DNA from: Clostridiales bacterium
GTDB lineage: Bacteria > Bacillota > Clostridia > Christensenellales > CAG-314
DNA length: 64,000 nt
NCBI GenBank assembly: GCA_022508345.1
Contig: JAFLVK010000001.1
Location: 100,371-164,370 of the forward strand
Direction of reading: 5' to 3'
Shown one piece after another: positions 1-8,846 of the stretch. The position numbers were made by a program, and so were the translations under genes. The notes beneath the pieces are model-generated. The model was not told the DNA's origin, searched no databases, and worked only from the letters and a program-made list of their open reading frames with translations. Every line of letters begins with the position of its first letter. Position 1 is the first letter of the stretch.

Positions 1-908
1 CCTGAGCCATCCTCCAATGCCCAGCCATTGCCATCCAAACCGGTGTGAACCTTTTCATCACTGTCATATTCCTCACAACGAGGGGTTACGCTTCCCGCAA
101 AATTGAATTGGTCAACAAGCGTCACTTCTTTTCCTTCTTGCTGCGGATATTCGATGTTAACTTTGCTTATTTCCCACTCCACGTCGCCACTGAGTCCGCC
201 AAGACACAGCGCAATTTCCACTTCATGCTTTTCGTCCTGTTTAAGTACAGAATGCGTAAAGGAAAGTTGATTTTCGCCTACAGCAACCGAAAGTTCTGCA
301 CAGTCGTTGCCGTCAGCCGTAGCCTTGATTTTTCCTGCGACGTTGGATTTTACGGTGTAGTTGAATGTGTACTCAAGATAGTCCGTTGCAGAAAATGCGC
401 TGGCGCTCAACGAAAACTCACGGATAAGCTTGATATCCTCGGCAATTTCGCCATTCTTGGCGTTGAGCTTGAATACGCCGTTAATCATGCCGCACGTTTC
501 AATGGTTGCCGCGCCGTTCGTTTCCGCAACAAACCCCTCGGGCATTGCAAATGTTTTGTAAGTTTCGCGGTCCATCACGTCAACGTAAGCACGCTTTTGT
601 GCCGAGCGTCCTTGGCTGTCCGTTATTTGGTAGGTAACTGTGTACTCACCCACTTGAGTAAAGGTTGCATAACCGTCGTTTACCTCTACTTGTGGTGTAA
701 CCGTGATTTGCAAATTAGGTGTGATGTCGCCGTCCTCTTTGTCCAAAGCCGCTACACCGTCAAGAAAGTCAACTGTACTGTTAACGATACATTGGATGTC
801 CTTGACTCCCACTACAGACGGTGCCTTGTTGACCTCGCCCTGTGGCGTACAACCGGCAAGCATGATTACAACAAGTACAAACACCAACAACATTTTAATC
901 TTTTTCAT
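1..908 (-). CDS. Lipoprotein with Ig-like (DUF5011-type) domain; C-terminus cut by window edge
   Basis: Absent from the ORF track because it runs off the window. Reverse translation from ATG 908..906 gives MKKIKMLLVFVLVVIMLAGCTPQGEVNKAPSVVGVKDIQCIVNSTVDFLDG..., with lipobox LAGC. ATGA start/stop overlap with the upstream gene. The 45..962 + ORF is its antisense shadow. Confidence 0.6.
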   Translation of the reverse strand, partial: MKKIKMLLVFVLVVIMLAGCTPQGEVNKAPSVVGVKDIQCIVNSTVDFLDGVAALDKEDGDITPNLQITVTPQVEVNDGYATFTQVGEYTVTYQITDSQGRSAQKRAYVDVMDRETYKTFAMPEGFVAETNGAATIETCGMINGVFKLNAKNGEIAEDIKLIREFSLSASAFSATDYLEYTFNYTVKSNVAGKIKATADGNDCAELSVAVGENQLSFTHSVLKQDEKHEVEIALCLGGLSGDVEWEISKVNIEYPQQEGKEVTLVDQFNFAGSVTPRCEEYDSDEKVHTGLDGNGWALEDGS

Positions 909-1582
909 TTTGTTTCTCCATTTTCGTCAAGAGGTTTTATCTGCCCCTTTTCATCGAGATAATCATCTTCTTTCTGCTTCTTCTTCAATTCGTACACGCT
1001 TGTACCCAGCGCCTTTGCCTTGAGATGGTAGAAATTTTCCTTCATTAGCCTGGCGTTGAGCAGCGGCGCCGCATAAAGCGTAAGCGCAATAGGATATGGA
1101 TAGTAAATAATCAAAGCCACAATGCCCGCAATTATCCCTATTGACACAAGAGTGCGCCACCAGGAACCGAACACCATCATGATGCCGTTACGCAACAGTT
1201 GGAAGAAGTTGACGTTCATGTTGACAATGACAGTCGGCGCAGTGGCTAGAAACACCACTCCTACAAACAACGCAACACAGCTTACCGCCAAAACAAAGTA
1301 GCTGATATGCTCCGGATGCGTGCTGAAAAAGTAGATATTGAGCACCGGGAACAGGATAATTACCAGCTGAAACAGCGTGTAGAAAATGAGTATCTTCCAA
1401 TTAGCACCTATCGCGGTGAATATATCCTTGAAGCGGCGCGTTCCCATTTCACTACCGAAGAAGGCGGTTACTCCCACCAACATAGGTATAAAGAATATTA
1501 TGCTAACTGCGGAGAGCGCAACGAGCAGGCTTATCACAAGAAATTCCAGCGCGTAGTCGCCGACTATTCTCAATCCTCTCAT
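905..1582 (-). CDS. YesL/DUF624-like integral membrane protein associated with sugar ABC systems
   Basis: 225 aa with multiple TM helices. RBS AAAGGAGAG upstream. Sits immediately downstream of the solute-binding protein, as in yesL-type loci. Confidence 0.55.
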   Translation of the reverse strand: MRGLRIVGDYALEFLVISLLVALSAVSIIFFIPMLVGVTAFFGSEMGTRRFKDIFTAIGANWKILIFYTLFQLVIILFPVLNIYFFSTHPEHISYFVLAVSCVALFVGVVFLATAPTVIVNMNVNFFQLLRNGIMMVFGSWWRTLVSIGIIAGIVALIIYYPYPIALTLYAAPLLNARLMKENFYHLKAKALGTSVYELKKKQKEDDYLDEKGQIKPLDENGETK

Positions 1583-1600
1583 ATTTCTCTCCTTTCGTTA

Positions 1601-3205
1601 TTACTGAATTGCCGCCATGTACCTATCGTAAGCTATCTGATTGATACGGATAACCATGTCGATAGAATTTCTGTTTGTTTCAAGGAAGTTTTGCCAAGAT
1701 TCCCTTGTGGGAATGGATCCGCCCGTAATACTGCCCGTAAACCAGCTTGCAATGTTGTTGGCAAGTGATGATTCGTAGGTGTTGAGGGTTATCAATTCTT
1801 CCTGAGTGTAGTTGAGGTTGGGTATTGAAGTTACGCCAACGAATGAATAGGGCTTGACATACTGTTCAAGGTTTTCCAGTCTCAGCTTTGCACGCGACTC
1901 CATTTCAACCGAGTTGTCCCACACCTCTTGCGTGAGATACACCACTCCGTAAGGAGCGTTTTTCATACGGAAGTCGTCTGCGCTCTGCACGCCGTGGTCG
2001 TCGTTGGGGATTAGCTTACCGTTTACCTTGTCGGGCAGGAATGCGCCCGATTTGATGGAACCGTAGTTGAGCTGTGCCGAATACTCCGGCTCAAAGAATT
2101 TGTCAAAGTAGGACAACAGTCCTTCCTTGTCTTCGCATGAATCCAAAATGACACACGCGCCCTTTTCCACTTCCTGTTCGTTGCTGACACCAACGTAACG
2201 GTTGCCGTCGTCGTCCTTTAATGGCAACACGATAATGTAGTCGTCTCTGTTTTCCTGAGCAAGCACGGTGTCCTTTTCCCACCAATAGAAAGCACCGTAT
2301 CTGCCGTCCTGTCCGCGCGCAAGGAAGTCGTTGTCCGATTGCGTAAACGAAGATGAACGAATCAAGCCTCTTTGATACCAATCGGCAAGCTCCTTAACTG
2401 CCTCAAACCACTTTTCATTCTCAATGGTAAAGGTGATTTTTCCGTTAAGCACCGTCTTGTGTTCTCTGTTTTCGGGCACTCCGAAGGAAGCGATAAGATC
2501 CGATTCGTTACCCTGCCAGTTGCCACTGACAAATGCAAGGGGAACCTCGTTTGAGGTGGAGCCGTCGCCGTCCATATCCAGATCGTTGAACTTTTGCAAC
2601 AGTGCCTTAAATTGGTTTCTTGATATATCCAGTCCGTCAATTAGCTGTTCGCTTGTAAGCGTAACGCCATCGGGAAGATTGTTGTCGGCAATAAGCTTGT
2701 TTACCCACTTTTTGTTTAGATACAAAATGTTGGGATAAGCCTTGAGCCCCATTTCTTCCACTCTCGGCAGGGAATAGATGTGTCCGTCGGGAGATTTGAG
2801 TGCCTCGGCGATGTCGGGGCGACTTTTCAAGATCCTCGAGAAGTTGGGCATGCTGTCCAGATATTGGTCGATAGCAACTATTCTGCCGCGTCTACCGTAG
2901 TCATAAAGCTTGAGGTTGGAAAATCCCGAGTGATAGATTGCGTCTATACCCTTGATTCCCACAGGGTCGGTATTGTTGGCATACTGAGTGGACGTGTTGT
3001 AAATCCATTTCACTTCGATACCGGTTTCCTCTGCAAGCGCTTGGAATACAGGCATAGTGTTGTAATCCTTGACGGCATCCTCTTTGACGGTAAGCACCGT
3101 AAATTGATGTTCCGACGTTGTGCCGCCCATTGCGGACACCACAAACAGAATAACACATACCAACCACAGCACAGCAGCCGATACACCTATAATAATCTTC
3201 TTCAT
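1601..3205 (-). CDS. Extracellular solute-binding protein, large (LplA/YtcQ-type) carbohydrate ABC transporter
   Basis: 534 aa with an N-terminal TM/signal (MKKIIIGVSAAVLWLVCVILFVVSA). Size and composition are typical of family-1 large SBPs. GGAGG RBS. Adjacent to two permeases. Confidence 0.8.
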   Translation of the reverse strand: MKKIIIGVSAAVLWLVCVILFVVSAMGGTTSEHQFTVLTVKEDAVKDYNTMPVFQALAEETGIEVKWIYNTSTQYANNTDPVGIKGIDAIYHSGFSNLKLYDYGRRGRIVAIDQYLDSMPNFSRILKSRPDIAEALKSPDGHIYSLPRVEEMGLKAYPNILYLNKKWVNKLIADNNLPDGVTLTSEQLIDGLDISRNQFKALLQKFNDLDMDGDGSTSNEVPLAFVSGNWQGNESDLIASFGVPENREHKTVLNGKITFTIENEKWFEAVKELADWYQRGLIRSSSFTQSDNDFLARGQDGRYGAFYWWEKDTVLAQENRDDYIIVLPLKDDDGNRYVGVSNEQEVEKGACVILDSCEDKEGLLSYFDKFFEPEYSAQLNYGSIKSGAFLPDKVNGKLIPNDDHGVQSADDFRMKNAPYGVVYLTQEVWDNSVEMESRAKLRLENLEQYVKPYSFVGVTSIPNLNYTQEELITLNTYESSLANNIASWFTGSITGGSIPTRESWQNFLETNRNSIDMVIRINQIAYDRYMAAIQ

Positions 3206-3216
3206 ACGACCTCCGT

Positions 3217-4122
3217 TTACTTGAACGAACCAACAAGAACGCCCTGTCCGAAATGCTTTTCAATCATGGGATACAATACCAAAATGGGTACCGTTGCCAC
3301 AATAATCGAAGTAAATTTGATTTGAGTCGCAGTACGCATTTGTTCCAACACCACATCGCCTTCACCGCTGGCGGTTGCATCTAACAAGCCGTTAAGCACC
3401 GTTTGCAGAGGGTAAAAGTTTTTGTCGATGTTAAAGATGTACGCGTCAATGTAGTTGTTCCAGTGTCCTACTGCGTAAAACAGTACCATAACGCTGATAA
3501 TTGACGTTGAAATGGGCAAAATCAAGTCGAAAAAGGTGCGGATTTCTCCTGCGCCGTCAATCTGCGCCGCCTCCAGCACCTCCTTGGGTACGTTGGAGGA
3601 AAAGAACGATTTGCACATGAACACGTTGTACACGCTGACACCGCCACCGATAATCAAAATTAGCGGATTTTGGTACAGTCCCAGCGCTCGACATACAATA
3701 ATGTAAGGTACCAGGCCGCCACCGAAAAACATCGTGATGATGAGCATGGTCGTGATAAGCCTACGGAATGGCAGATAGTCACGAGACAGCGCCCAGCCTG
3801 CAGGTATGGTCAACACTACGTTGAACACCGTACCGAGTACCGTGTAGGCTATGGTATTAAAGTAGCCGCGCCATACGTCATCCCTTTGGAAAAGACTTGC
3901 ATACCCCGAAAAGGTCAGTTTGACAGGATACAGCCATACGTCACCCGTCATTACTGCGTCTGCATCGGAGATAGATGCGATTACTATATAGTAGAGAGGA
4001 TAGATAACTATTACCGCCAACAAAAACAGTATAAACCCGCATATGACGTAGTAAACGTAATCGCCTTTACTCTCTTTAATTTTATTTTTCTTTGCTAAAG
4101 CTTTTACTTCATTCATATCCAT
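3217..4122 (-). CDS. Carbohydrate ABC transporter permease (LplC/YtcP, MalG-like)
   Basis: 6-TM BPD-transport-type protein with the EAA-loop region EAAQIDGAGEIRTFFDLILP. Start chosen at the ATG (4122) 6 nt after AGGTG; the track ORF begins at a GTG at 4131. Confidence 0.85.
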   Translation of the reverse strand: MDMNEVKALAKKNKIKESKGDYVYYVICGFILFLLAVIVIYPLYYIVIASISDADAVMTGDVWLYPVKLTFSGYASLFQRDDVWRGYFNTIAYTVLGTVFNVVLTIPAGWALSRDYLPFRRLITTMLIITMFFGGGLVPYIIVCRALGLYQNPLILIIGGGVSVYNVFMCKSFFSSNVPKEVLEAAQIDGAGEIRTFFDLILPISTSIISVMVLFYAVGHWNNYIDAYIFNIDKNFYPLQTVLNGLLDATASGEGDVVLEQMRTATQIKFTSIIVATVPILVLYPMIEKHFGQGVLVGSFK

Positions 4123-4159
4123 AAAATTCACCTACCGTTCTAAGCATTACGCAAGCTAA

Positions 4160-5185
4160 TTACCACATGCTGTTGTTGGTCAGCTTTTTAGAAGTGAAGT
4201 TTGCAATTATCAGCAACGCAACATTGATAACGGAATTGAACAAACCTGCTGCGGTACCTACACCGTACTGTCCGCCCACCAAACCGAATGTGTAAACGTA
4301 GGTGGAAAGTATTTCACTAGTTTCAAGGTTGCCGCTTGTTTGCATAAGCAAAACTTTTTCGTAGCCGCAGCTCATCAAGTTACCCACGGAAAGAATCATA
4401 AGCATAACGATTGTGGGTAAAATTGCAGGTAGGTCTACGCTGAATATCCGTCTGAAACGAGATGCGCCGTCCACCTTAGCAGCTTCGTGCAGTGCAGGGT
4501 CAACGCCGGAAAGAGCCGCAAGATACACTATCGCCGACCAACCGAAATCCTGCCAGTTGCCCGAGAAAATGAACAGCGGACGGAAAGCTTCAGGTGAAAG
4601 GAACAGCTTTAAGCCGTTAACGTCGCCACCCATCTTGATGCTCAGCTGGTCCAACAGACCGTCCGAACCGAAAATCAGCTTCAACATACCGACAAGTACT
4701 ACCAGCGATATGAAGTGCGGTGCGTAATACAGTATCTGCAATCCCTTTTTCGCCTTTTTGGAACGAACCGAATTGAGCAATAATGCAACAATTATCGGGA
4801 GAGGGAAGCCCACAATAAAGCCGAAAATGCACAGCAAAAAGGTGTTTAGGAAGTAATCCCAAAAGTTCGGGTTGGAAAAGAACGTATTGAAATTTTGCCA
4901 GCCTACCCACGTTGTCTCACTGCCGATAATTTTGTCGCCGGGCATATAGTCCTGGAATGCGACCAAAATTCCGTACATGGGTACGTAGCAGAAAATAAGC
5001 ACATATATAAACGCGGGGAGAATGAACAACAATATCCATCCCCTTCTGCGGAAATTCGTTTTCCAATCTTCCCACTTTGAACGCGGTTTCGGCCCCACAG
5101 GACCGTCCAGCATTTCATAAGCTTCTTCGACGAGTTGGGTGTTAACTTCATCGACGGGCGCGGTTGCCAATGCTTCGCTTGCCAT
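4160..5185 (-). CDS. Carbohydrate ABC transporter permease (LplB/YteP, MalF-like)
   Basis: 341 aa with EAA loop EAAKVDGASRFRRIFSVDLP and a long cytoplasmic N-terminal tail. RBS AGGGGGA. Confidence 0.85.
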   Translation of the reverse strand: MASEALATAPVDEVNTQLVEEAYEMLDGPVGPKPRSKWEDWKTNFRRRGWILLFILPAFIYVLIFCYVPMYGILVAFQDYMPGDKIIGSETTWVGWQNFNTFFSNPNFWDYFLNTFLLCIFGFIVGFPLPIIVALLLNSVRSKKAKKGLQILYYAPHFISLVVLVGMLKLIFGSDGLLDQLSIKMGGDVNGLKLFLSPEAFRPLFIFSGNWQDFGWSAIVYLAALSGVDPALHEAAKVDGASRFRRIFSVDLPAILPTIVMLMILSVGNLMSCGYEKVLLMQTSGNLETSEILSTYVYTFGLVGGQYGVGTAAGLFNSVINVALLIIANFTSKKLTNNSMW

Positions 5186-5233
5186 ATTTGTCCCCCTTAA
5201 ATCTGTTTGTTTTGTTAATTTCGTACTTTATTA

Positions 5234-6322
5234 CTATTTCTTTTTGCTCTTTTGAACAACCGTAAACGCAACGTAAGCAAGTATCAACGCTGCAAATATT
5301 GCGATGTCAATCCAAAAGAAAGTGTGAGTAGCCTCCGGCTCAATTTCCGTCAGCGTTTCTAACCTTTCCGACACGGTAAAGGTTGCTTCCGGTCGTCCGA
5401 TATCTGTGTAAAGTTTTGCAGTGTGTTGACCGCTTGACAAGGTGTCAATTGTTTCGGAGGAAATCACAACCCTGCCTCCGGTTTGCGTAAATTCCACCTC
5501 TTTACCGTCTATCAACAGCTTGTGCACCACAGCACTGCCACTCAGATCAAAAGCCACGTCGCTGCCTCTGTAATACTTGTTCCGCACAGATATTGCCGTT
5601 GCCGGTGTGAAATCTGTGGTAATATTGAAGTCCAAATCGGTAAAAGAGGTAACCACTCTGAAAGTATATACCGTGTCCGCTTCCAATGTTTTGAGATATT
5701 CGGGCGAAACGGTCAATACGCCATTTTTCACCGAATACTCACTGCTGTTAAGCTTGTAGTGTCCGTCTGTGATGTTTATGACCTTGACAACACTGTAACC
5801 GTTGCAGAAAATGTCTCCGTTTAGCGTATCGGTGCTGGCAAATTGCTCGTTGGCAACTGTGCAATCAGCCTTTAATACACCTACCTTGCCACCTTCGTAA
5901 CCGTCCAGCTTGCAGGTGATGACAGCAACGTCGCTGCCGTCCACGAACACCTTGACAATACCTTCGTTGACTACAACGGTGAGAGATAACTGTTGTGCCG
6001 CAATATCATATTGAGCAGATTTCAACACGGTATCTTTGCTTTGTAGCTCCACCTTGCCGTCCTCTACGTTGGCGCAAGCAACCCAATAGGAACTGAGGTC
6101 GTCGCTCACTCCGAATACCAACCCCACTTTTTTCGCTTGGGATAGGTCGGCAAAATCGGCGGAATATACAAAGTTGTTTGCATTGACCTTTCTGAGCGTG
6201 AATTCGCTACCTGCACCCGTTTCGGCAAAAGCAACCGACGGAACAAAACCCAGGCAGAGAATGACTAACATCAGAACAGCCACACTTGCAAACAAAACTT
6301 TTGTTTTAGTACATACTTTCAT
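5234..6322 (-). CDS. Secreted surface protein with C-terminal TM anchor: beta-sandwich domain plus two Ig/X2-like domains
   Basis: Signal peptide ...VPSVAFA/ETG. C-terminal helix FFWIDIAIFAALILAYVAFTVV followed by QKSKKK. Start moved to ATG 6322 behind GGGGGAAG. Confidence 0.55.
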   Translation of the reverse strand: MKVCTKTKVLFASVAVLMLVILCLGFVPSVAFAETGAGSEFTLRKVNANNFVYSADFADLSQAKKVGLVFGVSDDLSSYWVACANVEDGKVELQSKDTVLKSAQYDIAAQQLSLTVVVNEGIVKVFVDGSDVAVITCKLDGYEGGKVGVLKADCTVANEQFASTDTLNGDIFCNGYSVVKVINITDGHYKLNSSEYSVKNGVLTVSPEYLKTLEADTVYTFRVVTSFTDLDFNITTDFTPATAISVRNKYYRGSDVAFDLSGSAVVHKLLIDGKEVEFTQTGGRVVISSETIDTLSSGQHTAKLYTDIGRPEATFTVSERLETLTEIEPEATHTFFWIDIAIFAALILAYVAFTVVQKSKKK

Positions 6323-6365
6323 AACTTCCCCCAAATATTTTTGGATAGAATTTTTCTTATTTTAT

Positions 6366-6394
6366 ATTTTAATAACGATACAATGCAATGTCAA
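6366..6394 (-). promoter_or_regulatory. Sigma-A-type promoter for the 5234..6322 gene / ABC operon
   Basis: On the minus strand: TTGACA (6394..6389), 17 nt, TAAAAT (6371..6366). Confidence 0.4.
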
Positions 6395-6409
6395 TCGAGA
6401 ACAAAAACT

Positions 6410-6425
6410 TTGTGCAAATGCACAA
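6410..6425. promoter_or_regulatory. Palindromic operator candidate TTGTGCA-AA-TGCACAA
   Basis: 7-bp perfect inverted arms. The same half-site recurs at 6443..6449, 8664..8670, 8747..8753 and 8780..8786, all in the two promoter regions next to the LacI-family gene. Confidence 0.45.
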
Positions 6426-6452
6426 CATATATTTGTCAATATTTGTGCAAAT

Positions 6453-6479
6453 GAAAAGGTGGGTAATTCCCACCTTTTC
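6453..6479 (-). terminator. Rho-independent terminator after the 732-aa-ORF lipoprotein gene
   Basis: Hairpin AAAGGTGGG-taattc-CCACCTTT with T-runs on both strands. Confidence 0.6.
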
Positions 6480-6508
6480 CGTTAGTTAAATATCAATTTA
6501 TACGCGTT

Positions 6509-8641
6509 CTAAATTTTGGGAGATAGAACAAGGCTAAACGTACATTGATTTGTTTCGCTGCCATTTCCTTTTTCAATGAGTATGTACAGCGTATCGCCTT
6601 CCTCTACAACCAAATCTTGCGTAACCGTTACTCTGTTACCGCTACCGCCCCAAGAAGCTTGACCGTCGTTTGTCTTGATGTGTCCGTCCTTGTCCATCAA
6701 TGCCCATCTAATAGCAAAGCTGCTTGTTTCTCCGCACGTAAGGGCAAAGTTGAAGCTTATGCTTGCTGCAACTTGGAAGTTGTAGGCAAGTCCTACCATT
6801 CCGTCATTCGCCATCCAGTCGCCCTTGACTTCCATCCAAGGAGAACTGTTTTTGAACGCCTCTGTATCCGCGTTCAAAGCGGTAAAGCCAAAGGTTTCGT
6901 TATCCCAGTTGTAATCTATCTTGCCCACTTGCCAGTTGGAGTTGCCTGCCAGTGTGTTTGCGAAATCACTGTTGAAATTAGCGCCTGTAAAGGTGGGAAT
7001 TTCTCTTGATGCAATGTCAATGCTAAAACTACGCTGGTTGCTTCCATCTTCTTTGTTGACAAGGATACACAGCGCGTCACCGTTGGCAACAAGAATGTTG
7101 TCATTTAGCAATACGTCTTTGCCACTGCCACCCCAAGAGGCTTTTCCGCCATTTGTTTTGATTACGTTGTCACTGCCCTTCAATGCCCATCTCACCGAGC
7201 ACGTACCGTCATTTGAGCAGTTAATTACAAGGTTGAAGTTTACAAACGCATCTGCTTTGAAATGATATACAAAGCACATCATACCATCCGTTGCCATCCA
7301 GTCGCCCTTGATGTCCATCCAGGGGGAGTCGTTGTGGAGAACGTCGCCTGATTGCGTTGTTATGGGAGTGTAGGTAAAGTCTTCTGCGCCCCAGTTGTAA
7401 TTTACTACGCCTACTTCCCAGTTGGAATTACCTGCAAAGGTTTTTGCAAAGTCATCTTGGAAATTACCGATTTCGGTGTAAGAATCATCCAACTTGGCAA
7501 TAGGTTCCGTTTTAACTGCTTCTTCACAGATTTTGCAGGTGTAGGTCATTTCGCCTTCAACCCTCTTGGTGGGATATTTGGTCAATACACCGTCGCCCCA
7601 CTCGTGTGGCACTGTATCAATAGTTTCCTCGTATTCTTCATCGCATGAAACGCACTTGTATGTCCTTGTGCCCTCTACATTGCAGGTGGGTTCTTCCGTA
7701 ACGCTACCTTGGTCCCACACGTGCAGACAGGGCGCGTATAATGTAAATGACAGCTCGCCCTCTACCGTTGACGTGTCGGCATCTAACACAAGATATACTG
7801 TGCTGCCCTTTGCTACGTTTACAGCGTCTTGACTTGTGTAGGTCCACTCCGATTGGTCCTCGTTAAGAGTGACAACCGTAGTTTCTTCTCCCACTACAAC
7901 AAGGTAAGCCTTAACAACTCCGCCCGCAAAAGAAACGGTGAACATTGCCTGTACATGCTTGGGAAGCTCCTCGGTGAAGCTGAAAACAATTGCTGCCTTA
8001 GCAGAACTTACCTTTACAGCGCCATTACCGATTTCAACACCCGTTGCACTCCACACACCGTTCTCGGCAGTTGCAGGAGTAAACTGAATATTGCCGCTTG
8101 TCACGTCAAAAACAGTGGCAGCTCCGTAGCTCCAATCAGTTTTATTTTCCACATCGGTGTAGAACTGCTCAACAAAGTCAGCGTGCGCGTCAATTGCCAC
8201 CTCTCGCGTAGTTTTGCAATCCAAGCAGGTGTATGTCCTCACTCCGGCAGAGGAGAACTCCGACGGTGTGGTGATTACGCCGTCATTCCAGCGATGTTCG
8301 GTTTTGCCGATAGGCTCAGTCTTGGTTGCCGTGCAACCCTCATTTGTGCACTTGTAGGTCTTTTCGCCTGCGTCGTTACATTTAGGCTCTCTGCTAACTT
8401 CGCCTTGATCCCAGCTGTGATCGGTCATGTCAATAGGCGCCGTTTGGGTTTGCTTGCAGCCCTCCACCGTACAGGAGTAGGTCTTTACCCCCTCAGTGTG
8501 GCATGTGGGCTCCGTCGTTACAACGCCCTCATCCCATATGTGATCGTGTTCGCCCGCTGTTTTGTTGTCACAAGCGGTCAGACACAGTGTTACGCAAAAT
8601 ACCATTGCTACAACAAGGCTCAGAAGTCTGATTTTTTTCAT
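6509..8641 (-). CDS. Lipoprotein with five His/Cys-rich ~38-aa repeats and three beta-sandwich-like modules
   Basis: Start set at ATG 8641 (MKKIRLLSLVVAMVFCVTLCLTAC, lipobox LTAC, RBS AGAGG). Repeats have the form H-x-W-D-x-G-x-V-T-x-EPTC-x3-G-x-KTY-x-C-x2-C. Tandem ~150-aa domains share NSNW...YNW...SPWM..KGDWMA.DGM...RWAL...IKTN.G.ASWGGSG. Confidence 0.65.
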   Translation of the reverse strand: MKKIRLLSLVVAMVFCVTLCLTACDNKTAGEHDHIWDEGVVTTEPTCHTEGVKTYSCTVEGCKQTQTAPIDMTDHSWDQGEVSREPKCNDAGEKTYKCTNEGCTATKTEPIGKTEHRWNDGVITTPSEFSSAGVRTYTCLDCKTTREVAIDAHADFVEQFYTDVENKTDWSYGAATVFDVTSGNIQFTPATAENGVWSATGVEIGNGAVKVSSAKAAIVFSFTEELPKHVQAMFTVSFAGGVVKAYLVVVGEETTVVTLNEDQSEWTYTSQDAVNVAKGSTVYLVLDADTSTVEGELSFTLYAPCLHVWDQGSVTEEPTCNVEGTRTYKCVSCDEEYEETIDTVPHEWGDGVLTKYPTKRVEGEMTYTCKICEEAVKTEPIAKLDDSYTEIGNFQDDFAKTFAGNSNWEVGVVNYNWGAEDFTYTPITTQSGDVLHNDSPWMDIKGDWMATDGMMCFVYHFKADAFVNFNLVINCSNDGTCSVRWALKGSDNVIKTNGGKASWGGSGKDVLLNDNILVANGDALCILVNKEDGSNQRSFSIDIASREIPTFTGANFNSDFANTLAGNSNWQVGKIDYNWDNETFGFTALNADTEAFKNSSPWMEVKGDWMANDGMVGLAYNFQVAASISFNFALTCGETSSFAIRWALMDKDGHIKTNDGQASWGGSGNRVTVTQDLVVEEGDTLYILIEKGNGSETNQCTFSLVLSPKI

Positions 8642-8746
8642 TTTATACCTCTTGCATATTTTTTGCACAAACCGTTTCCTGTTACAGGGTTTGTACTTTA
8701 CTAGCATAGTATTTTATTATCTTATTGTCAACAAAAGAGCATTTTT

Positions 8747-8762
8747 TTGTGCAATTGCATAT
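8747..8762. promoter_or_regulatory. Operator candidate TTGTGCA-AT-TGCATAT (same motif as 6410..6425)
   Basis: Lies in the divergent region between the lipoprotein gene and the LacI-family gene. It contains the perfect 10-bp palindrome TGCAATTGCA. A further half-site lies at 8780..8786. Confidence 0.4.
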
Positions 8763-8800
8763 TACTTATGCTTTAAAAATTGTGCATTTGAAAAAAAATA

Positions 8801-8829
8801 TTGACTTGTCTTGCTAAATGCTATACAAT
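8801..8829 (+). promoter_or_regulatory. Sigma-A-type promoter of the LacI-family regulator gene
   Basis: TTGACT (8801..8806), 17 nt, TACAAT (8824..8829), 17 nt upstream of ATG 8847. Confidence 0.5.
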
Positions 8830-8846
8830 GAATAAAGAGGTGAAAA

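Noticed and set aside
45-962. 305-aa + strand ORF at the left edge
   Set aside because: It is antisense to a minus-strand lipoprotein gene (ATG 908) that has a proper signal peptide, lipobox and translational coupling. The + frame has an implausible Cys/Arg-rich composition.
7829-8704. 291-aa + strand ORF, with several other 100-150-aa + ORFs across 6545..7832
   Set aside because: All are antisense shadows of the 6509..8641 lipoprotein gene, whose repeat structure and lipobox are convincing.
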